A DNA stretch of 63,843 bases, counting the filler, from Welwitschia mirabilis (taxonomy: Eukaryota), in NCBI GenBank assembly GCA_051453625.1. It is 5 parts of one record of this genome, joined end to end, with 100 filler letters (N's around TTAATTAATTAA, not from the genome) between each part and the next. Parts side by side here need not be neighbours in the genome. Positions count along the whole stretch, not along the records: positions 1 to 30,485 come from JBOZIK010000001.1; 4 more parts are not named here. One strand, written 5' to 3'. This document shows, one piece after another, positions 1 through 13,700 of this stretch (positions are counted from its first letter, which is position 1; every line of letters begins with the position of its first letter). The translations under genes and the position numbers were made by a program. A model generated the notes under the pieces. The model searched no databases. It was not told the DNA's origin and was given only the letters and a program-made list of their open reading frames with translations.

Positions 1-1289
1 TACAATCAAGTGAATTCTTTAAAGTTAACTTTTTGGTTGTAGTCACTATTCTTTTATAGATCTTAACGACAATTGTGCTTACATTTTATGTTCATAAAGG
101 TCTATGAAGGACTAAAGTGACTATTAAATTCACTAACAATTAAGTGATGAATGAGATTATGGTACCATTCCTAAGCCATCACAACTTGATGATTTGAAGT
201 TTATGTTTTAGGACTTACAAGAAATCATTAGAGTGATAGTGGGTTATTGGATAATCCAAGCTAGACATTTGCAACATGTTCATTTCCCTTCGTCACTAAC
301 CAAAGTTCACAACTACTCTTAAACTCTTGGATTTTCCTCTTGGTTGATTCCATAATAGGACTAAAAGCATTGTATTACTTTTAATAAGGTTATCATAAAT
401 ATTCCTATGGAAGAACGATATTGGGTCCTTATGTAGTTTATTTGATGTTCGCCTTCTACTATAAAAAATAACAATAATTTGTAATGAATAGATTTTTGAC
501 ACTATTTCTAGGAATATTGACATGGTAGCTTTTCAAAGGTACATAATTTTTTTCTTGTAATTTTTTAGTTAGTTTTTAATTTTCCAATGGTGATACTAGT
601 CCATTCTTAGTGATACCAAAAATGATCCTTTTCTCTTTCTTATGAGTGTTCATTTCCCTTCTCTCTAGTGGTGCATACTACTTTTTTTCCAGTGAAATTT
701 GAACTAGTTTGATTTTCCGTTTTATTTAGTTTTTGTTCTAACATTAAAAATCATATCGATATCTGATATTTTGTGTGGCAGGTCTAATGATTTTTCTATA
801 GGTCACAACCAAAACTAAGATCATAAAAAAGGGTTAAAGGCTAAATTTAAACTCTAATGTTTTATTATTTCTATTTTATTTTTTACAAATTTTTCTATAA
901 ATTGTTTCAGTTTTTATTCTATTTTTATGAATTTTGATAAAATTTTATAAAATTAATAACATGTAGGATTATTTTCCATAGGTTTTAATTTAGTTTCATA
1001 TCATTTTTATTTTATGTAAACATTTTTTATCATTCCATAAGTCTAAACATTTTGCCTAAGCCCTATGAGCCTATTACTTTTTTTCTAAATCAAAATCTTC
1101 AAGTTAAACAAGACCACCACATTCCCTGATCAGCGTCTCTAGTGTTTTCGATCAGAACCCTCTGAGATTTTACCTAAACCTTTTATAGCCTGTTCAAAAT
1201 TTATCTATCATCTAGGCCTTATCTAAATTGACTCTGAAACTTGCATGTGTTGGATCTGAGATGAATCAGGATGACTAATTAGGAATCCC

Positions 1290-3650
1290 TTCAACAACAT
1301 GGATCCTATCACTAAAGGAAGTGAAGAACAAAGAATTATATTTGAAAATCAACCTAATAACAATCCCAAAGGAGAAAAAGCATCCACTTTCCAACAAAAC
1401 CAACATTTTCAATCCAATTTTCAATGCCCTTTAAATGAATCCTGATCATACCTACGACTCATAAACAACCTAAATGCTTAGTACCTTAGTCAAGAGATAG
1501 CTAGAAATCTTGGCTAGAACAAATTACAAAACCAAACTAACAAGAAGATGCCTAAGTAAACCATCCGAGACTATTTACAACCATAATTTTTAGGAACACC
1601 CTCATGTATAGTCAACCATTAATGGCACAACGGTTTGAATTCAGGCCATCCACTCATCCCCTAAATTCTGAAGGCCTTTATTTACACTTTAAAGAATTTG
1701 AATGTGTGTCATCCACTCCACCATAATACCCTAATACCTACGATACCATAAGACTCACTTTTTTTCCATTCTCCTTGAATGAAAAAGCTAAGTCTTGGTT
1801 GTACACCCTTAAACCCTAATAAATTAGAACATGAGCTAATTTGAATAAATCTTTCATTTCCATATTTTTTCAAACCACAAAACAAATGTCCTAAGGTGAG
1901 AAATTATGAATTATCAACAAAAGGATCATGAATCTTTCTTCCTAGCCTTAAAGAGGTTTAAATATTTACTATAAAAATATCCAAAACATAGATTTAAGCC
2001 ATGAAGATAGGTTAGCTTGTTTTATGATGAATTATCTACCAACAATAGGAAATTAATTAAGAGGATGAGTAGAGGTATTTTCCTTAGTATGCCATTAGAT
2101 GAAGTTTGGGGCTACCTTGAAACAATAGCCAAAAGTTCTAAGAACTAGAAGAAACTAATTGAACAACCTAGATCCCCGCTATCAATTACACCTACTAGTG
2201 TTTTCTGAGTCCTAGAAAACTTTGATATCAAAAATAAATAAATGAATTATCGAGAAGAGTAGAACTTCTTTCCTTCCATTTGAACCATTGACCTCCAAAC
2301 CTGAATGCCTTATCTACCACCTAGACTTTCATGAAACACTTGAATTTTTGGCTATATCCATCTTTCAAAACACTGTAAATGAATAAGTTAGTACCATAGG
2401 ACATTAGTGGCAGAGTAGTAAAAATGACCCATATTAAACTACTTACAATCTTAAGTGGAGGAACCATCCAAACTTTTCTTAGAAACAAAACATATACCAT
2501 AATCAAAAGCAAATGAGTTAACCAAGAACACCATTCCCTTCATCATAAAATATAGAACAATCTTTATCAACCACTCCATTGGAGGAATCATTGAGAAAAT
2601 TCATGGACATCCAAGCCTAGATTAATNNNNNNNNNNAAACACAAGTTAACCATAACCATGAAAGAACCCTTGAACAACATTCTTCTGTCCTAAACAATCT
2701 TGAACAAACTTCTCAAACCCAGACCAAAATGCTTTAGTAGATTATCTCTTCTCTAAATCAAAGAAAACCTCATAAACTCTATATGAGATCACAACCAAAT
2801 TCTAAAGGTGTTAGATTTATAGAAGGATTAGAGCCTAACCATATCGAAGAAACTAGGATCATTCATCTTAAAAGCAAGAAAGAATTAAATAAATAATTAG
2901 AGCAAAATATAACTGAAGAAGAAGAACCAATTCCCAAAGACAACAACAAGAAGGACAAAACATTAGAAGAATATTTGTTTGTTTACCAAGAAACTCTACC
3001 CTTCCCATAATAATCTCAGAAGGACAGCATTGAAAAGAAATAATTAGAAGCTTTATAAATTTTCAAAGAGGTCAAAATTAACATGTCATTGTTAGATGTA
3101 ATTAGACAAATTCCCTCTTATGCAAAATTCTTAAAAGATATGTGTATAATTAAGAGAAAAATATATGTCAACAAAAAGGCCTTTTTAACCTAATAAACAA
3201 GTGTAATAATTTAAAATCAAATACCTCCCAAGTACAAATATCCTAGTTGTTCCACAACCGCTATCACAATTAGAGATAAACATCTTAGGCAAGTATTAGT
3301 AGACTTAGGAGCACGCATAAATATTTTACCCAACCCAGTTTATAAGGAACTTGGCCTTAATGATCTTAAAAATATAAAAATTCAATTGTAGTTAGCAGAT
3401 AATTCATTATAATCATCATTAGAAATGGTTGAAGAGGTAATCATGCAAATAGATAATTGTTACTTTCCAGTTGATTTCATTGTCTTAGAAATGAATGCAA
3501 CCAAGCACCATTGAATTCTAGACGTTTTAGACAAACCTTTTCTACCAATGTCAAATGCTCTTATTAATTTTAGAAATGGCTGCATGAAAATCTATTTTCA
3601 TAATTTAACAGTGGATTTCAATATTTTCAATATTGTGAAACTTCTAGAGA
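1290..3650 (+). pseudogene. Gypsy gag + aspartic protease remnant (many stops and frameshifts)
   Basis: Translated motifs: RLTFFPFSLNEKAKSWLYTL (about 1750-1810, retrotransposon gag), IPSYAKFLKDMC (about 3110-3145), VLVDLGARINILP (about 3293-3331, DLGA protease motif), YFPVDFIVLEM (about 3461-3493). Confidence 0.8.
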
Positions 3651-6600
3651 ATAATAATGAGGTCTATTTTGTATATGAGATTCATGGTATTAATCCTTCT
3701 CTTATTAAATTAAATTCCCATTCTTCTCATCATGATTTTAATGATTTTGTCTCCCCTTTTAATGATCTATTAGAAAAGCATAGAAATGTAATAGAAAGAA
3801 ACACTTTCGACTTTAAAAACTTAGACTCTTCTAATTACACCCCTGATGTTCTTTAAAAGTTTTTGCATGTATGCATGGAGTCACTTCATGAAAATGATAT
3901 CCATCCTAATCCATTTTCAAATAATAAAGGTTTTAAGCCTCACAGTTATAATATCTTTAAACCTTCCATCTTTCATCCCTTCGAAAAACTCTTACGATAG
4001 CACTTCCCAAATCACAACCAATTTATTGAATCCCAAGGATGTTTTTCTCGTCAATATTCATAATTATTACCATCCATTCAAGCTATTTCACACATCCACT
4101 CCATTTTCTGATCACCTCATCAAGTGTATAAACCATCCATCATTACTATTCATCCATTAATTCTTAAGACTTGATGATTCTAGTTGATCACCCTAACAAA
4201 TAAACCATTAATAAGTAATCACCTTTTCATTAAGAACTAGGTAGAATTTAAGTTTACATGTACTTTTAAATAAAAGGTTTTGTTTATTTTTGAGTTATCT
4301 TATTAAGGTTAGTATCATTTAAGTTCTCCAAATTTTGAAAATGTGATTGAAAAATGTGGAATCTAATTTTATATTATGTTTCACATTTTCAAGCATTTTT
4401 ATGGGGATAAGATTTTTCTTAATTAGGATAATGTGCTAATGACCCCTTCCATATGCATAAAAAAGTACTAAATATGAGAAGTATAAGTCAAAAGAAAAGA
4501 AATTATCTCTTCTTCAAAAGCATATTATGTATTGATCAATTAAACTTGGGTTTAGTTAACTGCACCAAGGCTATGAACGCTCACTGACATGTAGCTCTAA
4601 TGATCTATTTTATGACATGTTCAACTACATCAAGGCTATAAACGCTCACTAGCAATGGAACACTAACTTCTTCATAAAATAACTTGCTTAATTCTATTAG
4701 AAGAAAATGTCATAATAATGGATTCTCCATTTGATTTAAATTCTTGAAATAAGGAACAAAGTTTGATTGTAGAAAAGATAAAATGTGGAAACAAGAGGTG
4801 GGATTTAGAGATACTTGTGTCATTTATTTCTTTAACTTGAATACTTAAGGATTTGCTTAACTAAGTTTTGGATTTTTACAAGTTCACTTAGACGATATCT
4901 TCTTTGTTTTTCATTGTGATCCATTAAAATTTAAAATAAAATTTGTAAAATTTTCAATAAAGGATCATTAATTTAGATCTTCTATTTTTTGGATTTATGG
5001 TTAAAGTGTTTTTCCCATTATATTTCATGTTTTATATTCCCTAAATTGCATTTGTGATTATGACAATCTATGAGAGAAAACACACCAGACAAACATAACT
5101 ACATTTTTCTTTAAAAAAAACTATTAATTCATACCTTGATCCTTTTTGGAACTCATCTTGACCATTGATTAGCTTAGATGATCCAAGAGTCATATTTCAT
5201 CTCCATGATTTCACTGCCCCTACAAGTTCATAACCTTTTCAATGCCATAACAAAGCCCCTACTCATTGCGTAGCCACAATGCCTTCTTATTATTGACACC
5301 GCTACCTATCACAATTAGTGCTACTACCATTGTTGCAAATCCCATGTCTGCTCTTTTTCACAGTCTCTTGGCACATTTTTTAGGTCTTTACATAGTTGGA
5401 GTACATCTTGTGTTTTGCATATTTTCAATTCTTCTATACATATTTTATAAAATATTTTTATCATCTCATTTCCATTATATTTTTTTATTTTACTCTCACA
5501 TTCCTTTACTTCCTATCTATCATTCCTTTTTCTTTCTCTATTTTTCTATCTTTCTTGCTGATGTTTCCAAAAAGATGAGTGGAAGACAAGGTTCCTTCGT
5601 TGGGGAGGATATTTTTATCTCATTTTTGAATATGTTTGCTCCATATTCAACCTCCTCACTCCCCTTATTCTTCATCCAGTGAAACATTTTTCGAATAGGT
5701 ACAATAAAAGCATAATATTTGGATTTGGCAAGCTATGGAAAAAAATGAATAAGATCACATGTAAGCAGAAGGAAATAGATGAAAAACTAGAATGTTTGAT
5801 CTCTTGTATAAGATCATTCGATTGAAAATTTTCATTTTATTTTGTGTTTTATTGTAGTATTTTCAAATGTGTTGTAATTAAAAAATGTTTGCATGCTAGT
5901 TTAAAGTTTTTGCATTAAATTTTTAACTAAGCTTGTGAAGTGCTTACATCCAAATAATTTTCTAGCATATTGTATGAAAAGCCATGTAATGTAAAATTTC
6001 CTTTTCAAATACTTTAATTTCTTCTAAAAAGCATTGTATTAAATTTTTCATTTTTTTAAGAACAGAATTCAGTTTAGGTTAGAGGGTTTGACATACATTT
6101 TTCATAGAATTTTTCAAAATTTTGATACCTTATTTTTCAAAAATTGATCAAAAAATTATTTCAAAGTTATCTTATTTCCATACTTGAATGGTTTTCCTTA
6201 AACAATTTTTCCATGTTTATCATTTATTTATCAAGATTTTGCTAAGAGACGAGCAAAAATATGGTTAGGGGATATGTTTATATGCAAAAATTGACATTCT
6301 AAGCAAGTATATTTGATCAGTTTTACATAGGTAAAGACATTGTATTAGTCGTTTTATCATAAAATGACATCTTCTACCCTATTTATCACGTTTTATGAAG
6401 TTATGAACTTCTCATAACATCCTCAGGTTTATTGCTGTCTTTTAGAAAACATTCTGTAAAGTGAAGTAATTCTCATAGAAAATGTTAGCGCTTCTATCCA
6501 AGACACCAACATCACCAGTCTTTCAAGGTAGAATGAGTTCATTTTCATGTTCTCAAATATTCATAGAAAGACATCAAATTTCACTTATGGGCTTAGTTGG

Positions 6601-9600
6601 ATGATAAATTAGATTCAACCTTCAACTTCGATGACACATTGAAAAGGTGTAAAATGATACATCATAACAACATGTGACAGCAATGAGGATAATTATATGG
6701 AGGACATGTGGCATAACATCTAGTAACAACTACATCATCATCTAAAGGCAATGTCATCACCTCTTTTTCATAAGAAGACAAGGAATCATCCAGTAAGGCT
6801 ACATGTCAAAATTTGTAACCTCCTCCTAAGGTAACGGCCCAAAAGTGTAACTCCTCTTATGTAGCCACCACCAACCACTACATGCTAAAGGTTCTTAAGC
6901 GTTTTCTCATTTATAAAATGGCATTAAGCCTTAATTGTAAACAATCTTTAGTTGGTAAAACATAGTGCTGATGCTTAGAGTGTCAAGATGTCATGGCTTT
7001 CTAAGCACCTCCCTTGGGAGCGAACTTGTACTGAGGCTAATTTGAAAAGTTTGTTTCAGCTTTATCTTCCTCTCTTGATGTAATATATTTGCTAAATTGA
7101 TACAAGGAATAGTTGTTCATTTTTCAATTTCTACTGCACATTAACATGGTACTATTAATTCTTAGATGAGGCTCTTTCCTATTATACAATATTATAGTAG
7201 TTTTTCATTCTTTGATTTCTAGCATAGATTGACATGGTACTATTAGTTCTTAGGTGAAACTAGATCATCAATATCTTTAGAACCAAGTGAATTATCTAAA
7301 GTTAACTTTTTGATTGTACTCACTATTTCTGTTATAGATCTTAAGGACAATTGTACTTACTTTGTATATGCATAAAGGACTATGAAGGGCCACAGTGACT
7401 ATTGAATTCACTGACACTCAGGTGGTGAGTGAGATTATGTTACTGTGCCCTAGCAACAATGTTTTAGAAATTAAATGATTAAAGAAAAGGTAGGCTATTG
7501 GAAAAGCTAAGATATACCTCTGGAGCATGTTCGTTTCTCTACATCGCCAACCAAAGTTCATAAAAACTCTCAAACTCTTGGCTTTTCCTTTTGTTTGATT
7601 TCATTATAAGATTGAAAGAATTGTGTCGCTTTTAATCAGTTTAATAGAAACATCCTTATGGAAGAATGATACCAGTGTGGGGATCAAGAACCCTAGAGAG
7701 GAGGATGAATAGGTTCTTAAAATATTCAAATAAACTTGTGATAAAAACTTGCTTGAAACAGATCATTAGTTAACCTATGCATAAAAACTGAAAGTATTTA
7801 GAAAAATGAAAATAACAGAAAGCATAAAAATATCAATCAGATGCATGCAAGTTTTATAGTAGTTTGAGAAACCCCTTACTCCACTCTCAATGATTAGCTT
7901 CTCCTTTAACTCTTTCAAGTATTGCAGGTTCACCTGTAACNNNNNNNNNNNNNNNNNNNNNNNNNNNNNNNNNNNNNNNNNNNNNNNNNNNNNNNNNNNN
8001 NNNNNNNNTTGTAGGCTAAGTCTCAACCTTCCAAATGGACTGTTATGGGGTAAGTCTTAACTTTTTACAAGATGTGATAGTGATGGTAAAATGTCCTAGT
8101 GCACTGATATCACTTGTTCTTTGGCACAATGATAGTAATGAAGCTCTTCTCCTATAAATGATATGAAATACAACAATAAAGTACAAAGTTTTGACCTCGT
8201 ATGTAAAGATACAACAAATGTCAGCTCATCCTTAATCAGGAANNNNNNNNNNNNNNNNNNNNNNNNNNNNNNNNNNNNNNNNNNNNNNNNNNNNNNNNNN
8301 NNNNNNNNNNNNNTTCTCTCTTGGCTATCTATAATGGAAGGCTTTTAGGATTAGTATAGTTAAAATCACGCTTTCAATGGCTATAAAACAGCTACATAAT
8401 GGATATATAATGGATATAAAATTTGTTTCCATTTTGGTTAATTGACCTCTTAAACGTCCGGTCAACCCCTCCTGGTGCTGTGACTTAAACAGGTCACCCA
8501 AGTAAACTATTCGATCACCCCAATTTCTTATGGCTCCATGTCTGGTTGATCCCTCAGGGTCTGGTTGACTACTCATTCGATCGTCCTCATATCTGTCACG
8601 TTGTCCACTTGTCCTGAAAAAAATCAATTCCATTTTTCTACATCAGATCCAGTTGACCCTTCAGGTGTCCAGTTGACCCCTTGACGATCAGCTCAGGGAT
8701 ATCAGGTGCACAGTTCTCAGGTCCAGTTGCCCCTCATAGGTCCTGTCGATGCCTTAACAGTCTATTCAAGAGTACTAGTTATCATGTTCACAGGTTCAAT
8801 CGATCCCTCAGAAATCCAGTTGACCCCTCTGAATTCGGTCCAATTCTAAAAGTTCACTCTAGGTGTGGTCAACCCCTTGAAAGTATGATCGACCTCTTAA
8901 GAGGGTAATTGAACTTAATAGATTTTAGTGATCAAAATGTGACATTCCTTGCTTTAGCTTTTGACCTGCAAGTGATCAATANNNNNNNNNNNNNNNNNNN
9001 NNNNNNNNNNNNNNNNNNNNNNNNNNNNNNNNNNNNNNNNNNNNNNNNNNNNNNNNNNNNNNNNNNNNNNNNNNNNNNNNNNNNNNNNNNNNNNNNNNNN
9101 NNNNNNNNNNNNNNNNNNNNNNNNNNNNNNNNNNNNNNNNNNNNNNNNNNNNNNNNNNNNNNNNNNNNNNNNNNNNNNNNNNNNNNNNNNNNNNNNNNNN
9201 NNNNNNNNNNNNNNNNNNNNNNNNNNNNNNNNNNNNNNNNNNNNNNNNNNNNNNNNNNNNNNNNNNNNNNNNNNNNNNNNNNNNNNNNNNNNNNNNNNNN
9301 NNNNNNNNNNNNNNNNNNNNNNNNNNNNNNNNNNNNNNNNNNNNNNNNNNNNNNNNNNNNNNNNNNNNNNNNNNNNNNNNNNNNNNNNNNNNNNNNNNNN
9401 NNNNNNNNNNNNNNNNNNNNNNNNNNNNNNNNNNNNNNNNNNNNNNNNNNNNNNNNNNNNNNNNNNNNNNNNNNNNNNNNNNNNNNNNNNNNNNNNNNNN
9501 NNNNNNNNNNNNNNNNNNNNNNNNNNNNNNNNNNNNNNNNNNNNNNNNNNNNNNNNNNNNNNNNNNNNNNNNNNNNNNNNNNNNNNNNNNNNNNNNNNNN

Positions 9601-9822
9601 NNNNNNNNNNNNNNNNNNNNNNNNNNNNNNNNNNNNNNNNNNNNNNNNNNNNNNNNNNNNNNNNNNNNNNNNNNNNNNNNNNNNNNNNNNNNNNNNNNNN
9701 NNNNNNNNNNNNNNNNNNNNNNNNNNNNNNNNNNNNNNNNNNNNNNNNNNNNNNNNNNNNNNNNNNNNNNNNNNNNNNNNNNNNNNNNNNNNNNNNNNNN
9801 NNNNNNNNNNNNNNNNNNNNNN

Positions 9823-11075
9823 GATCTTCTTTCATGTGCCTGGTATACGAGTCAATCCGCTTTAGGTATGAAAGTGTCTATTCTGGAGAGGCTTCCTTGG
9901 GAGAAGGAGATTTAGAGGTCTTCTTTAAAGGGGCAAAGATATGCATGCGAGATAACATTGCATGCCCAATGGGTAACATAGGTTAAAGGGTTTCAAGCTT
10001 GGGATAAAAGGTCACACGATAGTGCACATGTTAGCAATTAGCACAGAGTAGGATAAAGCCCTAGTTCTATGGTACTCCAACTGAGAAATCATATTCTTTA
10101 GTATAATANNNNNNNNNNNNNNNNNNNNNNNNNNNNNNNNNNNNNNNNNNNNNNNNNNNNNNNNNNNNNNNNNNNNNNNNNNNNNNNNNNNNNNNNNNNN
10201 NNNNNNNNAGCAATTAGCACAGAGTAGGATAAAGCCCTAGTTCTATGGTACTCCAACTGAGAAATCATATTCTTTAGTATAATAACAGGGGCATCAATGG
10301 AGTGCCCAGTCCCTACCAAATACATTATATAGACCCTATAGTTAGAGGCCTCATCTCAATGACCAGCCAAAGGTAAAAAGTTATAGGTAAAAACTAAATG
10401 AAGAAAGCAATATTTATAAGTAAGCAAAGAAGTGAAAAGGGTATGCTNNNNNNNNNNNNNNNNNNNNNNNNNNNNNNNNNNNNNNNNNNNNNNNNNNNNN
10501 NNNNNNNNNNNNNNNNNNNNNNNNNNNNNNNNNNNNNNNNNNNNNNNAGTTATAGGTAAAAACTAAATGAAGAAAGCGATATTTATAAGTAAGCAAAGAA
10601 GTGAAAAGGGTATGCTTTCAAGAATGAAACCTACCACAAAGTTCCCTTATGACCACTGCCTTATCTTCCATGGAGTCCCGAAGAGGACAAAACTCCTCAT
10701 AGTTCCCTCTGGACATATCGATAATAGATGCAATAAAATTTACAGTGATCTTCATCATTTTCCCCAAAACTAGGGTTTTAAGGGTAGCAAAGTCACGATT
10801 GTAAGAAGCATTGTAATAGAACATTTGGGTAAGAAATGGATAAGCTGAACTGATACATCAAGAAAATAAGAGATTTTCTGATATCTCAAGAACTGGATCA
10901 CTACTCTGAGATCTCTAAGCTCTGATGTAGCTATCGATCTCTTTTAGTATACAAATTTCTTTTCAAACTTCTCTTAAACTTATCTATGGCATCTTCAGAT
11001 ATGAACTGGTAAAAATAAAAGGGTTCCCTAGCTGCAACCTTCTTGGCTCTTCTCCTATAGAAATCTTTAGCCATT
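9823..11075 (-). pseudogene. Probable remnant of the extra (env-like) ORF of the Sirevirus-like element
   Basis: Lies between pol remnants and the 3' LTR. A start MAKDFYRRRAKK at about 11074 is followed by broken coding-like segments. Identity is inferred from position only. Confidence 0.35.
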
Positions 11076-11766
11076 ACAAGATCTTTGAAGACACAAGAAA
11101 TCTAAGAAACACTCAAGATCTAGAAGAAAAATGAGGCTAGAACATAATAAAAAGGGTTTGGGTGCCTCTTTATTTTATAGATAGGGTTGATTAGAGTGTT
11201 GTTAAGAAAGAAATCGTGTCCACCAATGGTGCTTCCACACTATAACCCTTCAAGTCTGGTCGACTAGTTGAAGTTCCGATTGACCTGTCGAGACGCGAGT
11301 CTACAATATTAAAAGAGGTCCAGGTAACTGAGCTTGTAGGCCGGTTAATCAACCACATTTTCTCGATTGAATCATAGATCTGATCAATTGCCTTGTAATT
11401 AGCAAGAGGATGGTGAGTTAATCCCCAGTTTGTTTTGGTGATTAAGAAAAATATCACAAATTTAAGGTTTCCTAATAATATCTACCAATTAATGTTTGGT
11501 TTTAATAAAATTTAAAACATTATTTCCTTTTTCAATTTNNNNNNNNNNNNNNNNNNNNNNNNNNNNNNNNNNNNNNNNNNNNNNNNNNNNNNNNNNNNNN
11601 NNNNNNNNNNNNNNNNNNNNNNNNNNNNNNNNNNNNNNTATAGTTAACATGATTGAATCGTTTATAGCATAAATTTACATGAGCAGCATGAGAAAACAGT
11701 ATGGAGAAAATGATTGATCTATCCTATAAACATTATCTATTTATTTTGCTCTAAGAATAACAATGT

Positions 11767-13700
11767 TTAATTTTCCAATAAAATTTCACATTTAGACTTA
11801 TCAAAAACTACTTTGTGACCTTTGTTACATATTTGGCTAATACTCAATAAATTGTACTTTAAATTATTAACATATAATCCTTCATTAATTCTTGGTAAAT
11901 TACCTTTTGTAGTGATTCTGATACTTTCTATTTTTGCTTTTCTATTGTTGACAAAGGTAACATTCCCTCCATCAAAGTTGCTCAAATATTTGGAGTTTGA
12001 TTTGTCTCCTGTGATGTGTTTTGAGTATTCACTATCTAAATACTAGCTATTTCTATTTGATATTTTGAAAGATGTCTGAGTTAAGAGACTTTTAAGATCA
12101 TTAGCTTTTACCAATTTAGTCTTTTTAGACTTAGGTGATATACCTCCTTTTAGAATAAATTTAAAAGGAATAACCTTTACTAAATTTAAAAGCAACATTA
12201 ACTTTCTAACATTACAAAAGAGTTTTGAATGTCCTGTCTTTCCACAAAAATGACAAGTAACTTTAGGAGTGAACTTACTTTGCTAGGTTACCTGTTTTTT
12301 CTGATCTTGTGGATTTTTAGGTATGAAGTCAATAACTAATTTATCACTAGTATGTTTCCAAACTCCAAGCATCTATTCTAATTTTGAAAAATCACTAGAA
12401 AATTTATTAACAAAAAAAGATAAATATTTTACCTGTAACATGAGATTGGAGTTGTCTGATTTGAGTAATTTGTATTTTAATTCTATTTCCTCCTTCTCTT
12501 TGGTGAGAGACTTTACAACCTTATTCAGATCATTTATCCTTCTTATCAACCTTTTACATTTCTCATACAGTTCTTGACAAGTATTTTCTAGCTCATCCTG
12601 TTCTTCATTGGTTATATCCAAATCATTAGGCACTGATGTGCTAGGTAAGTTCTGAAGTGGAGGCACAATTGCAATGAAAGATAGTCTTATGTCTCTATTT
12701 GATTCTTGATTTAAACTCCTGTTATCATCCTTATCCTCATTATCCCATGTTGCAATACATGGAGAATTCTTTAATTTTCTGTGATCTTTTTTGGTGTTTG
12801 GGCACTCATTAATCATATGTCCAAATCCTTTGCAAGAGTAGCATTGGATTTATTTTCCTTTGTCTTGCTCATTTCTGTATTTTAGGTGTCCTATTTTTAT
12901 GCTTCTACTTGGCTCACTTTCATTTTTCCTTTTATGCAAGAATTTCTTAAACCTTCTAGCCTGGAGAGAAACTTTATCATCATCTAGTTCTTCATCTGTC
13001 TTCTCAGTCATGTATCTTTCCTAAACAAACTTCAAAGTAATACCTTTCTTCTTCTATTTAGTAAATCTTAATTCATAAGTTTGTAGATTACCTTGAAGCT
13101 CTTCTAATGCCATGGTGTTATGTTCTTATTTTTCTCGATTTTTGTGACTTTAGGTTCAAATATCTTTGGAAGAGATCTTAGTACTTATCTGATCACTTTT
13201 ACTTGATCCAAACGTTCACCTGAACTTACCATGGAGTTGACAATGTATGTAAGTTTGGAAAAGAACTCCTCTAATGTTTCTTCCTCATCCATGTGAATAT
13301 CTTCAAATCTAGAGATAAGCATTTGAAGATTGGATTGAATGGAAATTCCTTCATAAGAGACCTCAAGAATATCCTAGGATTCTTTTGCATGATTACAATA
13401 TGTTTAGATTCATCTGCATAAACTACACAAAATATTGCATTAAGAGCACAGGCGTCTGTGGTGGCTTTGGTTTTATTGGTGGCAATCCATTGATCTGAGG
13501 ATTTGGGAACTAAAATGGTATTACCATTTGCATCAGGTTTTTGCTAGCGTAGGCACAGCATAACCTTTATAAATAATCTCTTCAATATCTACATCTAGGA
13601 ATCTAAAGAATATTCTCATTTTAGCTTTCCAATATGCATAATTTGACCAATCAAACAAAGGTGGATGACCAATGGAAAATCCATCAGAGGGATTACTCAT
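11767..13700 (-). pseudogene. Copia/SIRE gag (two CCHC zinc knuckles) + protease remnant
   Basis: ATG at 13700 gives MSNPSDGFSIGHPPLFDWSNYAYWKAKMRIFF. Zinc knuckles CYSCKGFGHMINEC (about 12800-12844) and CHFCGKTGHSKLFC (about 12213-12254). Protease region YLDSEYSKHITGDK...GNVTF...LKYNLLSISQIC (12045-11820). Confidence 0.85.

Noticed and set aside
8909-9865. Long ORFs across 8909-9865 (and 55674-56885)
   Set aside because: They consist almost entirely of N-gap translations.
10029-10617. Apparent direct repeats flanking N gaps (also 14745-14970 and 61555-61735)
   Set aside because: Near-identical sequence on both sides of about 100-N gaps indicates overlapping contig ends, not real duplications.
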